Assembly: GCA_951406725.2 (NCBI GenBank) | Contig: OX597822.1 | Coordinates: forward strand, 81,530,001 to 81,594,000 | From: Octopus vulgaris | Taxonomy: Eukaryota | Length of the DNA: 64,000 nt | Direction: 5' to 3' | Part shown: positions 25,848 through 38,909 of the stretch, one piece after another | Numbering within the stretch: the stretch's first letter is position 1 | How the letters are laid out: every line of letters begins with the position of its first letter | The notes under the pieces: generated by a model | The model's database searches: none | Told to the model about the DNA's origin: nothing | What the model saw: the letters and a program-made list of their open reading frames with translations, nothing else | Translations under genes and position numbers: made by a program

Positions 25848-28364
25848 TATTATTATTATTATTATTATTATATTATATATTATATATTCAGGCTTGGCCA
25901 CATGCTTAAAGAAGACGCCAAATGTCTCTAAGCTACCTTTAAAATATCACAAAATAAATACGCGCCGAATTATATATATATACACTTTTTCTGTAAATAC
26001 ATGATCGAACTGAAATACTTGTCTAACACTTTACTGTAGAATATGAGAATTTGCGAATATGGAACGTTTCCAGTGAACAGTGTTTATGGGAACATCCAGA
26101 ATTCTTTATGGAGAATTCGCCAGTGTTGGTTGCTTTGCGACCATGTGGTTTAGCGTTCAATTCTACGGTGCGGAACCTTGAGTAAACGCCGGACTGACCA
26201 AAACTTTGTGAGCGAATCTGGTAGCCGAAACTGCGAGGATGATCTTCTTGACTGAAGATTGAAGGCTTCGAATGTCCCGTCCGTGTTTTTTGTATCGTCT
26301 TCTAAATGTTTTGCGTTCTTGTCCCAGTTTTTTTTTACATACATACATACACACACACACAAACACGTGTGTGTGTGTCTTTGTGTCAGTTTATCACCTT
26401 CCACCGTTTGAGAAACGGTGTTGGTGTGTTTATGTCCCTGAAACTTAGCGGTTCCGCAAAAGAGTGTGGTATGAAAGCGTTGATCTTTAATTAGTACTGA
26501 AGGATAAGATTAATCCCCCAACAGCTCCCAATGCAACACAGAAGACTGAGCAGACAACCCAACCAGTTAGAAATCGGTCAAGTAAATTAATAAGCCTAGA
26601 AAATTCTTCCAAAGTCAAGCAGAAAAGCAAAACATACCAACGGATACTAATGGCCCTCAACTTTTATCATCACACAATGGAATAAATTTTGAAGGGTGTG
26701 TTCAAAGAAAACGGTGGCTTATGTTGTTCCTTTTCTTGCTACGCCACTGCCTTTAGGGGTTACTGTTTTATATAAACTAGTTGTTTTAAGAATAGCGAAA
26801 ATAAAAGAAAATATCACAATTCATTGTTCATGATAGGTCAAAGTTCATTGTTAATTCACAGTTTTATTGGTTACAGTGGAAGCAATACAATTTCCCCATC
26901 CATCTTCTCCGCCCATTATTCCAAGAAGGGTGGTAGGGCTAGAGTCCTCATCGACCTGTTCCATACGGTCCTTTCTGAAACAATCGTCATTACACTTTGT
27001 GGCTGGATTCCCAGGGGTACTAGTGTGTAATTTTGTCTGTACTAGTGTGTAATTTTGTTTGTACCGCTTGAGAACCAGTGTTGTCTAGTTTTTTGGGGTT
27101 TTTTTACCTCCCCGTAATTTAGCAATTCATTAAAAAATATCGATTGAAGAAGTGCCAACTTAAAAAAAAGTATTAGGGGCGATTTGTTCGACTAAACCCC
27201 TTTGAGGTGATGTCCCAGCATGGGTAAGTAAAAGATCAAAGATATTTCTGGAAAATAGACAGAAGAAAAAGAAGATATCAAGGAGAGAGTGAGTGAGTGA
27301 GTGAGTGAGTGAGTGAGAAACTACAAAAGAAGAATGTCATGTGACTCTTTTGAGTGAAAGTGTCTCAGCCAGCTGGCCCAGGAACTCTTTTGTTGCCATA
27401 ATCATTTCTCGCGGTTTGTATAATACACACCGCAGTAGATTTTATCATAGGATTTTGTCAAAGGCTATAAACACAAAATTTTCTCCTCAGTCCATGGTTG
27501 ATATATTTAACGTAAAAAGATGTTCGTTTTAGTTTTTGTCTCTATCGTAATTCAGTTTGCAAAACTCTTCATGAGAACTTGTGTGTTGGAACATATTTTG
27601 GTGAACATCGGGTGGATCATTATGTCAATAATAAACATACGCGCTGGTTCTGTTTCACTTCTTTTTTTTTTTGTTAAATGATTAACTATGTACCTAATTA
27701 AATAATCGATTGTTTGAAACCTGAATTTGACCTGGAGCAGAGAGGATCTGTCATTAAAGAGGTCACAAAGGGCAACGAAAGGACTTTGACAAACACAACT
27801 GATTGATTGATTAACCGAATGATGTATCAAGAAATCGGTAAGCTAATTGGTCAAATAATTAACCAATTAACGGATAAAACAGAAGTGGAATAGAATCAGT
27901 GCGTGTGTTTATTATTGGCATAGTGACCCTCCCGAGATACAACACAATTTCTATTGTAAGTTGTACAACAGAAAATACAAAACAATGTTTCGTGCTTACA
28001 AGAAACAATTTTTAAAAAAAATTAAGCTCGAACAACATTTGCGTAATCCTTCCTTTGCGTGAGAAGAATAATGACCATCCTGAAGACTAAGAGACTTGGC
28101 ATAACTTTGTAATGAGCGTATAAAAAGGGATAAACAAACGATGCAAATAACTAAACGAAAATTAAGCGACAACAACCAATATAAGCGACAAATAATGAAA
28201 GGCTTAATAGCTTTCTTTGGTCACAGATTTTGCTATGCAAAACTTGTTTACGCAACTTAGATTTTGACAACATAATTCACAAGATTATTTAATTTCGATG
28301 AGATTACAATTTTAATCCTGTTTCTCTGCTTAACGGAATTGATTACGTCAAACTAAATATGCAG

Positions 28365-28910
28365 TGTGGAGGCACATGTCTTATTGATTAGGGTGTCAGC
28401 ATCATGATCGTAAGAATGTGGTTTCGATTCCTGGACAGGGCGACGCGTTGTGTTCTTGAGCAAAACCCTTCATTTCAAGTTGCTCTAGTCCACTCAGCTG
28501 GCAAAAATGAGTAACACTGCGATGGACTGGCGTCCCGTTCAGCTGGGGAACACATACACCATTGAAACCGAGAAACCAGGCCCATGAGCCAGACTAGGCT
28601 TTAAAAGGGCGCAAGTGGAGGCGCAATGGCCCAGTGGTTAGGGCAGCGGACTCGCAACCGGAGGATTGCGGTTTCGATTCCCAGACTGGGCGTTGTGTGT
28701 GTTTATTGAGCGAAAACACCTAAAAGTTCTACGATGCTCCGGAAGGGGGTGGTGGCAATCCCTGTTGTGCTCTTTCGCCAAAACTTTCTCTCACTCTCTC
28801 TTCCTGGTTCTTGAGTAACGCTGCGATGGACTGGCGTCCCGCCCAGCTGGTTGGAACACATATGCCCCAGAAACCGGGCCCATAAGCCTGGCTAGGCTTG
28901 AAAAGGGCGA
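28365..28910 (+). mobile_element. two tandem tRNA-derived SINEs (family C, GTGGAGGCGCAATGGCCCAGTGGTTAG head)
   Basis: A box, GGTTTCGATTCC B box and shared ...GCTAGGCTT.AAAAGGGCG tails. Related pieces at ~780-915(-), 13040-13300, 30065-30545, 32685-32950. Confidence 0.8.
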
Positions 28911-29234
28911 AAGAAGAAATATACAGTATACTGTTTGTCTGTCTTTCATGTTACTATTTTTTTCCTTTCCGTGGTTCTTTTTCGTAGGTTTTTCTTTGCA
29001 TGGTTAAACCTAGTCAATGTTATATTTACACCCGCTTTTGAGAACTCTAATTGTTAAAAACGACACTTTTGTTATTCCCTTGGGTACACGTCCCAAAACA
29101 TTTTCGAAAAGAAAATATTCTACACTGTATTGTCCCCTCTGTGTTTGGCCCTGCGTGCCTAATAAAGAAATGTGTCTGTCTACCTTTTCATGTCCGTTTA
29201 TCTATCTGTCTATCGGTCAATCTCTCTATCTAAC

Positions 29235-30060
29235 TGCCGTCAGGGACCAAACTTGTACGACTTTAATTCCACGAAGGCGTTCTATAGAGGAGTAGTGGAA
29301 GGGAGGTACGACGACATTCTCGGGGAAAATCTGGGCGTCGACGATGGACACCTGACCCGCCTGTTCAGGACAATTTTCGGGCTGGGACTTATGGACAATC
29401 ACCAGTCGGGAAGCATTGCCCGTTCGGGATAATCTCTATAGGCACGGTTCGAGACACACCGGACCGACTTGCCCAAGATGCGGTCAGAGCGACGATACTG
29501 TTCTGCATGCACTCGTGCAGTGTCCAACCATTTCGGACCTGTGGGCTTATGCCGAACGGCTGCTGTCACTTGTGGGACGAGTTCGCTTGTCGGCTGAGTC
29601 TATCGTGAAAATTGCTCCGACACCTTCCCTTAACCAGGAAGGCAAGGCAGTGTTCATCGTACTTGTAGACATGGTGGCCATCGTACTGATGACCATGGTG
29701 AAAGAATGTGTGGTGGACTCGAGCGAAAGGTTTAGAGACAAACACTTTCCTCTCTGGCCAATCGCTCATCAACTTTTTCAAGTACCACTTGAGAAGGAAT
29801 GTGAGAATAGAGAGGCAAGTTTTGTCTCATGAAAGATTCAATAAAAGGTGGGCGAATGACGAAACCACTTTGAGCATGATCCTGTAAATCCAAAAACGAG
29901 AGAGAGCACTTTGCTCTCATGTGTTTTTTCCCTCCCTGCCTGAGGTTACCGTGATCTCTTTTCGTAGGCTTTTCTCTCCGCGGATAAACCTAATCTGTTT
30001 TTTACATTTTTGCTGTTCTGTGATACACGATTCCTTTTCATCGTTTTTTTTTGTTTTTTT
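29235..30060 (+). mobile_element. L1/Tx1-clade LINE ORF2 C-terminal fragment plus 3' UTR
   Basis: LPVRDNLYRHG..CPRC....DTVLHALVQC...LW (zf-RVT-like), frameshifted; a similar 3' UTR piece sits at ~28960-29170. Confidence 0.8.
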
Positions 30061-30637
30061 ACACGATCCCAGACGAGGCGTTGTGAGTGATTATTGAGCG
30101 AAAACACCTAAAAGCTCCACGAAGCTCCGGCAGGGGGGTGGGTGGCGAACCATGCTGTACTCTTTCACATGGCAAAGTAGCACTCCGTCGGTTACGACGA
30201 CGAGGTTTCCAGCTGATCCGATCAACGGAACAGCCCGCTCGTGAAATTAACCTGCAAGTGGCTGAGCACTCCACAGACACGTGTACCCTTAACGTAAGTT
30301 CACGGGGAGATTGAGCGTGACACAGTGTGACAAGGCTGGCCCCTTCGAAATACAAGTACAACAGAAACAGGAAGAAAGAGCGAGAGAAAGTTGTGGTGAA
30401 AGAGTACAGCATGGTTCGCCACCACTCCCTGCCGGAGCATCGTGGAGCTTTTAGGTGTTTTCGCTCAATAAACACTCACAACGCCTGGTCTGAGAATCGA
30501 AACCGCGAGTCCGTTGCCTTAACCAGTGGGCCATTGCACCTCCACGAAAGTAGCACTAACACAAAGTCAACTAAAAAGTAACCCAAAGTAATCTCCCTTT
30601 AAATTGTAGATCAAACGCCAAAGTGGTACCAAATAAC

Positions 30638-30880
30638 TTTTTTTTAATACAATGCCTAATAATATTTAATTATGAAAATATAATGGGATTTTTTTAGAAG
30701 CTAGATATAGCTGGGGGGGGGGGGGGCAGCAGAATAAAATTGGAACCACTTTTTTTTACCTATGGACCCCTTTGATTCCAATTTTATTCTATTGCCCCCC
30801 CACCCAGCTATTTCTATCTTTTAAAAAATCCCATTATATTTTCATAATTAAATATTATTAGGCATTGTATTAAAAAAAAA
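30638..30880. repeat. ~240-bp fold-back inverted repeat
   Basis: Arms TTTTAATACAATGCCTAATAATATTTAATTATGAAAATATAATGGGATTTT and its reverse complement; inner arms are imperfect. Confidence 0.85.
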
Positions 30881-31510
30881 TATTCGGTGAGACGTGTTGC
30901 ACTTTTAAACCGACTTCGTCCTCAGATATGAAGATAATGTCTTCGGTGTTTTGTCCGATTCAATGAGTTGTGGTACTCACAGCTGGTATTAATACATAAC
31001 AGACAGACACGACTGGCAGAATATTTTATAGTGCAGATGTTATCTTGTCAGTACACCAGTTAGAAAGGTTTCAATTAGGCATAACTTGAGAGATGATTAT
31101 AAGTCCAAAGTTTGAGCCATGTTATCAAACCTAAAGTTCAACATTTCATTATTGAATGCCAACCTTCAAGTGAATTGTCTAAAAGCAAACACGCATTAAC
31201 TTTAATCTATGTACTGTAGTTGCGGCCCTTCCTATTCAACCGCTTCCCTCGTCTTCTTTATTTGATTTCCCATAACCCTTTCGACCCTTCGCTTAGTTTT
31301 TCCATTTTAGTTTATTTCTTTACTCTTTTACTTGTTTCAGTCATTTGACTGCGGCCATGCTGGAGCACCGCCTTTAGTCGAGCAAATCAACCCCGGGACT
31401 TATTCTTTGTAAGCCCAGTACTTATTATATCGGTCTCCTTTTGCCGAACCGCTAAGTGACGGGGACGTAAACACACCAGCATCGGTTGTCAAGCAATGCT
31501 AGGGGGACAA

Positions 31511-31547
<37 letters not shown>

Positions 31548-31957
31548 CGACAGGCTTCTTTCAGTTTCCGTCTACCAAATCCACTCACAAGGCATTGGTC
31601 GGCCTGGGGCTATAGCAGAAGACACTTGCCCAAGATGCCACGCAGTGGGACTGAACCCGGAACCATGAGGTTGGTTAGCAAGCTACTTACCACACATTGA
31701 TTTTTTTTTTTTTTTAGATTTGATCTGAAACTGTTGAAACAGATCTAGAGGCAGAAAATCAATTTATTAAACATAGTCAATTTCTACTTTTTTTAAAATC
31801 TTTTGTTTCATGCTGGAGCACCACCTTCAAGGGCCTTGCTTATTTTTCTGGTGCTTATTCTATCAATCTCTTTTGCTGACCCGCTAGGTTGTAGAGATAG
31901 ATACAAACCAATACCAGTTGTGATGGGATGGGGTAGAAAAACATAAAAACACACACC

Positions 31958-31988
<31 letters not shown>

Positions 31989-32181
31989 AGATTTCACAAA
32001 AAAAAAAAAAAGAAGACAAAGACAGGTGGTGTAGACAACAAACAGATGTATTATTTCAATGCTTGGGAAGTGAAAAAGTCTTTAACATTTCGAGCCTACA
32101 CTCTTCCACAGAAAAGAACAAGGAGAGAAAATAAAGAATGTGTAGTGGATAGCGATTTATCATGGCATATATATATATAAA

Positions 32182-32349
32182 CTGTAATCCCTTGCTATAT
32201 CGCAATTTATTATTTATGCTTACTTCAATTTCCCTGTAGTGTTGTTTTGCATTTATAATGAAATATACAGTACCGTTTCTACTTCATGGATTTTCACATA
32301 TCACAGGGGGTTTTGGAACGTAACACCTGCGATAATCAAGGGATTACTG
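32182..32349. mobile_element. Tigger/pogo-like MITE
   Basis: TIRs CTGTAATCCCTTGCTATATCGC / GCGATAATCAAGGGATTACTG. Confidence 0.65.
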
Positions 32350-33739
32350 CGTATATACATATATATATATGTATGTATATGATGCGCTTTTACAATTTCT
32401 GACTACTAAATTTACTCACAAAGCATTGGTTGGCCCAGAGCTATAGTTATTTACCCAAGGTGCTGTGCAGTGGGACTGAACTCAAAACCTCATAGTTACA
32501 AAAGCTTCTTAACAACAACACATGTCCATTTTGCAGACATAGATGTTAAGAGGTTCCCTCAACAAAGCCACGGTTGCAAGTTCTGTCCTACTGAATGACA
32601 CCTTAGGTGAATATCTTTTAGGTAACCTAAAAGACATTTGTGAGTTGAATTAATCAGATGGAAACTGTGCTGAAGACTGAACATGCATGGGTTAATGGTT
32701 AGGGGATTGCACTCATGATTGCAAGACTAAGGTTTCAGTTCCTGGACTAGGTGGAGAGTTGCGCTGTTGAGCAAAACTATTCATTCCATCTTGCTCCAGT
32801 CCATTCAGATGTAAAGAGTAACTCTGCGATGGACTGGCATCCCATCCAGGGGGAAATGTTGCCATCTCTGCCACTTATATGCCAGGAAAACCAGGTAACT
32901 GACCCAATGAGTTCTAGGACACAAGACAGCAATGTCTAGGGTTGAAGATGATAATCATTTCTAGTATAGGCACAAGTCCTGAAATTTGGGGGAGGAGGAA
33001 AGTCGATTACATCAACCCCAGTACTCAACTGGTACTTAATTTATCACCCCCGAAAGGATGAAAGGCAAAGTCGAGCTCAGTGGAATTTGAACTTAGAAAA
33101 GAGCGACAGGTGAAATACTAAGCATTTTGCCTGGTATGCTAATGACTGCCAGTTCGCCACCTTCAGGATTGAAGATGATAATGAAACTATGCAGAATCCT
33201 GTCATTTATGTGTGTGTGTGTGTATGAGCGAGGGCAGAGAAAGAGAGAGATAGACTGTGTTTACATTTACAATGGTTTAATAACTGACATTGTTATTTAT
33301 AATGTCAACATCACATAACTTAGTGGTTCAACAAAAAACAGCATTAGCAAAATGTAATTTTTTTTTTTTTTTTCTCTAATTCCAGTAAATTTCATATATA
33401 TATATATATATATTAAAAATAAGAAAATGGAGATATAGCATTTAATAAAGATTTATTATCAGCAAAAATGAAAGAGACCCTTACAGCTGTTTCAATGAAG
33501 CCCAATAAATAAATATGACTAAAATAATGGGGGGGGGGGTTTATAAAATCTCTTCAGATTGGGTTAAAAAGATACACTCTTAGGTGTATATAAATATATG
33601 TATATAATTTATTGAAAAGCAGCAGAAATATCACAAAAATACTCAATTTCACGTTTCCGTTCATCAGACAGTTTTGTTTAGAATGGAACAGAAAGTATAT
33701 TACTCTACCTCTGGTATTTGAGTACTATTTTTTCACCTG

Positions 33740-34120
33740 TTTGGCGAACTCTCCACTGGCCACCGAGTGAGAGGAGCTCCGAGGAAGCGCTACAAAGACT
33801 GCCTCAAGAAGTCTCTAACAGCATGTCAAATTAACCACCAATGCTGGTCAAACCTGGCTGTGGACTGTGATGTCTGGCACCACACGATCTTCAACGCAAT
33901 CAGCAAGTTTGAAGAACAAAGAAGAGACACACTTAAAGACAAGAGATGCAGGAGGAAGGCGCGAACCGCCTCTGACACCACACCAGATGTTACCTTCATC
34001 TGTGGATACTGCTCACGGACCTGCCTTTCTCATATCGGACTTGTCAGTCATGAGCATGCATGCACGTGACGTGGACAGCCTTCCTGATCTTCGTTCATGA
34101 AGCCGAGCCATGATGATGAT

Positions 34121-34122
<2 letters not shown>
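33740..34122 (+). mobile_element. RTE-clade LINE 3' fragment
   Basis: RGAPRKRYKDCLK..L....I....W...A.D...W...CGYCSRTCLSHIGLVSHEHAC, then a (GAT)n tail. Confidence 0.85.
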
Positions 34123-34158
<36 letters not shown>

Positions 34159-34639
34159 TATTAGTTCAAGTTTAGGTGTAAGAACCACATGCAGGTGTAT
34201 TAGTTTAAGACTCAAGAAGAATGGAAAAGTCTTTTACGTTTTGAGCATACGCTCTTCAACAGAAAGGAATAAGAAAATTAAAGGAGAAAGAATGAAAAAA
34301 ATGTGTAGGGATTAACAGTTCAACAGGATGAAATAACCAGAAGAAAGAGGCTGAATGGAAAGGAGATAATGGTGGAAACCCAGTCAATCGAATTTGCTCT
34401 TGTGTTTGTGTGTGTGTATGTATGAATGGAGGTGAATGTGTGAGTACGTATGGGAGAGCAAGCTGAAAAATAGTGGACCTGTGTGTGTACGTAAGTGACA
34501 CAGTGCATGCATTATGTGGAGTGATATGTGTTACATGTACTGTGTGTACGTATGTGTGCAAATTCATTGGCATTTGTGTGTGTTTGTGTACAAGTAACCT
34601 AGTGTATGTGTCATGTGGGGTGATATTGCATTTTGCTGA

Positions 34640-35030
34640 TTGGCTCCAATGCCGGTGGTATGCAAAATGCACCATTCGAGCGTGATTGTTGCCAGCATCG
34701 CCAAACTGGCACATATGCTGGTGGCACATGAAAAAACAACATTCGAGTGTGGTTGTTGCAAGTGCCGCCGGACTGGCTCCTGTGCAGGTAGCACATAAAA
34801 AACACCTTTTGAGCATGGTCGTTGCCAGAACCACCTGACTGGCACTCGTGCCAGTGGCACATAAAAGCATCCATTACACTCTTGGAGTGGTTGGCGTTAG
34901 GAAAGGCATCCAGCTGTAGAAACTTTGCCAGATCAGATTGGAGCCTGTTGCAGCCTTCTGGCTTGCCAGTCCTGTCAAACTGTCCAACCCATGCCAGCAT
35001 GGAAAGCGGACATTAAACGCCGATGATGAT
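34640..35030 (+). mobile_element. 3' UTR-only copy of the RTE family at 47820-49384
   Basis: About four ~60-bp units followed by GGAGTGGTTGGCGTTAGGAA.GGCATCCAGC...CCAACCCATGCCAGCATGGAAAGCGG and (GAT)n. More copies at ~42150-42400, 47275-47470, 50590-50810, 51855-52150, 54860-55117. Confidence 0.8.
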
Positions 35031-37250
35031 GTATGTGTGTGCATGTGTATATTATTGTATGTGTGAGGCTAACGTGTGCGTGTGCATGTATGCATGTGCA
35101 AACACTTGTACTTAGCAGTTGATGTGTGCTTGTTCGGGTGGTGTGTGTGTGTGTATGTCTGTGTCCATATAATGAGCATGTGTATAGTGTATACTTGTGG
35201 GTGAAAGCTATCAGTGTCTATGCGTGTAGCATGTGTGTGTGTGTGTGTATATAGTCTGTTTTCAGGCATTATGTGCGTGTGTGGGCATGGTAGTGTACAT
35301 GATGTTGTGTGGTGTGTGTAATTTTCATTGATGTCCATTATTCCTAAGACGGTGTTTTTTAAACTTCAGGCTTTTAATGGTATTCTATATGTCCTGCTCA
35401 AACATATGTAGATAACTTTTTATCCCTCTTTTAAATTTGTTCCAGCTTTGCTGTCCTTATATATATATTTCTTCCCTACATCCCCACTATACATGAAGGC
35501 ATTTTACGTAATTCAATGTCATTTATTTTATTCTATTTTCAGTTTATTTATAAAAGTATTTCCTCTTACATAATTTATTCTTTTATTTGGTTCAGGCATC
35601 TGACTGTGGCCATGCTGGAGCACCACCTTTAGTCGAGCAAATCAACCCCAGGACTTATTCTTTGTAAGCCTAGTACTTATTCTATCGGCCTCTTTTGCCG
35701 AACTGCTAAGTTGTGGAGATGTAAACACCAACATCACTTGTAAAGCGATGGTGGGTTGACAAACACAGACACACACAAACATATATATATACATATATGA
35801 CAGGCTTCTTTCAGTTTCCATCTACCAAATCCACTCACAAGGCTTTGGTCGGCCCAAGGCTATAGTAGAAGACACTTGTCCAAGGTGCCACTCAGTGGTA
35901 CTGAACCCGGAACCATGTGGTTGGGAAACAAGCTACTTGCCACACAGCCACTCCTGTTTATTTTGTTAAAAAATCTTTTATCCCCTTATACATGTCTCAT
36001 AGTATATTTACTTCCAGTTTCTCTCTGAGGGAACACTGTATGTGTGAAATATTTTTATTCTTTCCTATCCAATAGGTTATTATTGTTTTTTACCATAAAG
36101 GCTTGAAATAAATTTTCTTAAGGGGTGTAGGGGTATATTATGTATTCTGATATTTTCTCTTTCCATCTTATTCTAAACTTTCTATTTATTTCTCTCTTTT
36201 ACTTGTTTCAATCATTTGACTGCGGCCATGCTGGAGTACCACCTTTAGTTGAGCAAACTGACTCCAGGACTTATACTTTGGAAGCCCAGTACTTATTCTA
36301 TCGGTCTCTTTTGCCGAACTGCTAAGTTATGGGGACGTAAATACAGCATCGGTTGTCAGGCAATGTTGGGAGGACAAACAAACACAGACACACAAACATA
36401 TATATACATATACACGACGGGTTTCTTTCAGTTTCCTTCTACCAAATCCACTCGCAAGACTTTGGTCGGCCTGAGGCTTTAGTAGAAGACACTTGCCCAA
36501 GGTGCCACACAGTGTGACTGAACCCGGAACCATGTGGTTGGTAAGCAAGCTACTTACCACACAGCCACCCCTGCATTACTTTAAATTTTATTTCATTATT
36601 ATTATTATTATAAACCGAAGCAATAAGTAATTATTATTATACTTAGAAATTATTTATCTCTTTCTGATAACTTCAATTAATATGTAATTTCCATGGTTTG
36701 CTTCTACTTGATTTAAATCTTATAATTTTAAATTTCTTTGTATTGCAGTATTATAGATATGTATAATATTATTTGGCATTATTATTTATATATACATACA
36801 TTTTCTTTTTCTCCTTCTCAATACCCTATTATGTTAATCTCTTCTTTTCTTTCTTTAAGACATAGAAATATACACTACCTTCGCCCCCTAGGTTGGATCT
36901 AGGCCTTCTATAACTGGCTCTTTTTGTATATATGCTATCAGTTAACAGTTTGCAGCTGTTATCTCAGCATGTATTTCTAATCAGTATATCTTTACTACAT
37001 CTGAAGAGATTCATCTTATAATGATTTTAATTTTATAAATTAATCATCTAAAGATTATTGAATCAAAACAGCTGTCAGAGATGTTGTCACATCTTATAAT
37101 TAATAAATAATATTTTATTAATTACCCTTCCATGTTCTCTTTGGTCTTTATATATATATATATATATATACACACACAAGGACATACCATCTTTGGGTCA
37201 TTGCTGCATTTTTTGTTAACTCTGTATAATCTTTGTTTCAAAAAGTTATA

Positions 37251-38269
37251 ATGGCAGACCCTCAGCTAACTCAAGAAATGAAGAGGCATGCTGTTATTGT
37301 GATTATAAAAGCTGAGCATAGCTAATTAGAAATATCTCAATCTATAAAAGTTGCCAGATCATTTGTTTACAAAGTTTGTAAGGAGCTAGAGACTGAAGAT
37401 GGAAACATATCACCAGTATCAAAGCACAAAAGGCATTCTAAATGCTCTGAAATCATCAGAACACCTGAATTTATCCAGCAAGTTCAATAGACGATTGATT
37501 ACAATCCCAGAAAGTCCATGAGATCCATTGTAAAAGATCTCCAAGTGTCAGAAGGAACTGTCAGAAATGTTGTCTATGAAGACATCAGATATAAGTCTTA
37601 TATGATGAGGAAAGGTCAATTTGTCAGAAAAAGCAAAAGAAAAATCACTACATTAAATCTAAAAGGCTCTTAAATAAACTGAAAAATCCAGCAGAAGATT
37701 TTATTTGATTTTTCTCAAACAAGAAAAATTTCGATCAAGATCAAAAAGTTAACAGAAGAAATGACAGATAGTAATGTGCAGACCCTTCTGAAGTTTCAAG
37801 TGTTATGCATACAAAATTTCCTACAACTGTCATGGTTTTAGGGGCTGTCAGCAATGAGGGACATGTGATGCTTCCTTACCTCTTTTCACAAGGCCTTAGA
37901 GTTAACTCTGCTGCCTACATTAAGGTCTTGGAAATAATTGTTAAGCCCCGGATAGACAGTGTATTCAATGGAAGGTCATATGTGTTTTAGTAAGATTTTG
38001 CACTATCACACATGGCTCTAGTAACACAGGAATGGATGGCTGAAATTTTTCATGATCACATAATCCCTGACATTTGGCCTCCTAATTCCTCAGATCTCAA
38101 TCCATTGGACTATTACATGTGGAGCGTTGTTGAGAGGGAGGTCAATGAACATGCCCATAACACCAAAGTAATGTCCAAAATGAACCAGGACCTCTTGATT
38201 CGAGCATGTAGATGATTTAGATCTCATATAGAAGCAGTTGTTGAAGCTGAAGGTGGCTTTATTGAATAA
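37251..38269 (+). pseudogene. Tc1/mariner DD37D (maT-type) transposase pseudogene
   Basis: TKFPTTVMVLGAVS, F**D(37 aa)D and WPPNSSDLNPLDYYMW motifs; several stops and frameshifts. Confidence 0.88.
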
Positions 38270-38301
38270 CATTATAGAAAAGAAGGTTTACTTTTTATCC
38301 C

Positions 38302-38634
38302 CAGGCCTTGTGCCTATAGTAGAAAAGATTATTAAATCTCTATTGTTTGTTTGTGTATGTGTATACACAGGGTGCGTAAGATATTTGAGGACAGATTTCA
38401 TCATCATCGTTTAACGTCCGTTTTCCATGCTGGCATGGGTTGGACGGTTTGATCTGGCTCACCAGTCCCCAGTCAAACTGTCCAACCCATGCCAGCATGG
38501 AAAGCAGATGTTAAACGATGATGATGATGAAATCTGTACTCAAATATCTTAAGCACCCAGTGTATACACACACACACACACACAAGCAAACAATAGAGAT
38601 TTAATAATCCTTTCTACTATAGGCACAAGGCCTG
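38302..38634. repeat. ~330-bp fold-back inverted duplication
   Basis: 38302-38452 is the diverged reverse complement of 38473-38634. Confidence 0.9.
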
Positions 38635-38885
38635 AAATTTGAGGGGAAAAGGGGTTAGTCAATTTCATTCACCCACAGCTTGGACTGGTACTGAATTTAT
38701 CGACCGCAAAAGGAAGAAAGGCAAAGTCGACCTCAGTGGAGTTTGAACTCAGAACACAAGGGTGAAATGCCACCTAGCATTTTGCCTGTCATGCTAACCA
38801 TTCAACCAGCCCACTGCCTTCAATAAAAATTTAATAATAACACAGACATTTGTAAAAAGTCAACAGAACTGAACATCTTTGGATT

Positions 38886-38909
38886 TTAGGGTGGACGTAA
38901 GAAACCAAC
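38886..38909 (-). CDS. UBE3D: UBE3D exon 8 (VGFLRPP*)
   Basis: Acceptor TTTTTCAG, phase 0; resembles the short C-terminus (VAFLKM-type) of vertebrate UBE3D. Confidence 0.85.
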   Translation of the reverse strand, partial: VGFLRPP

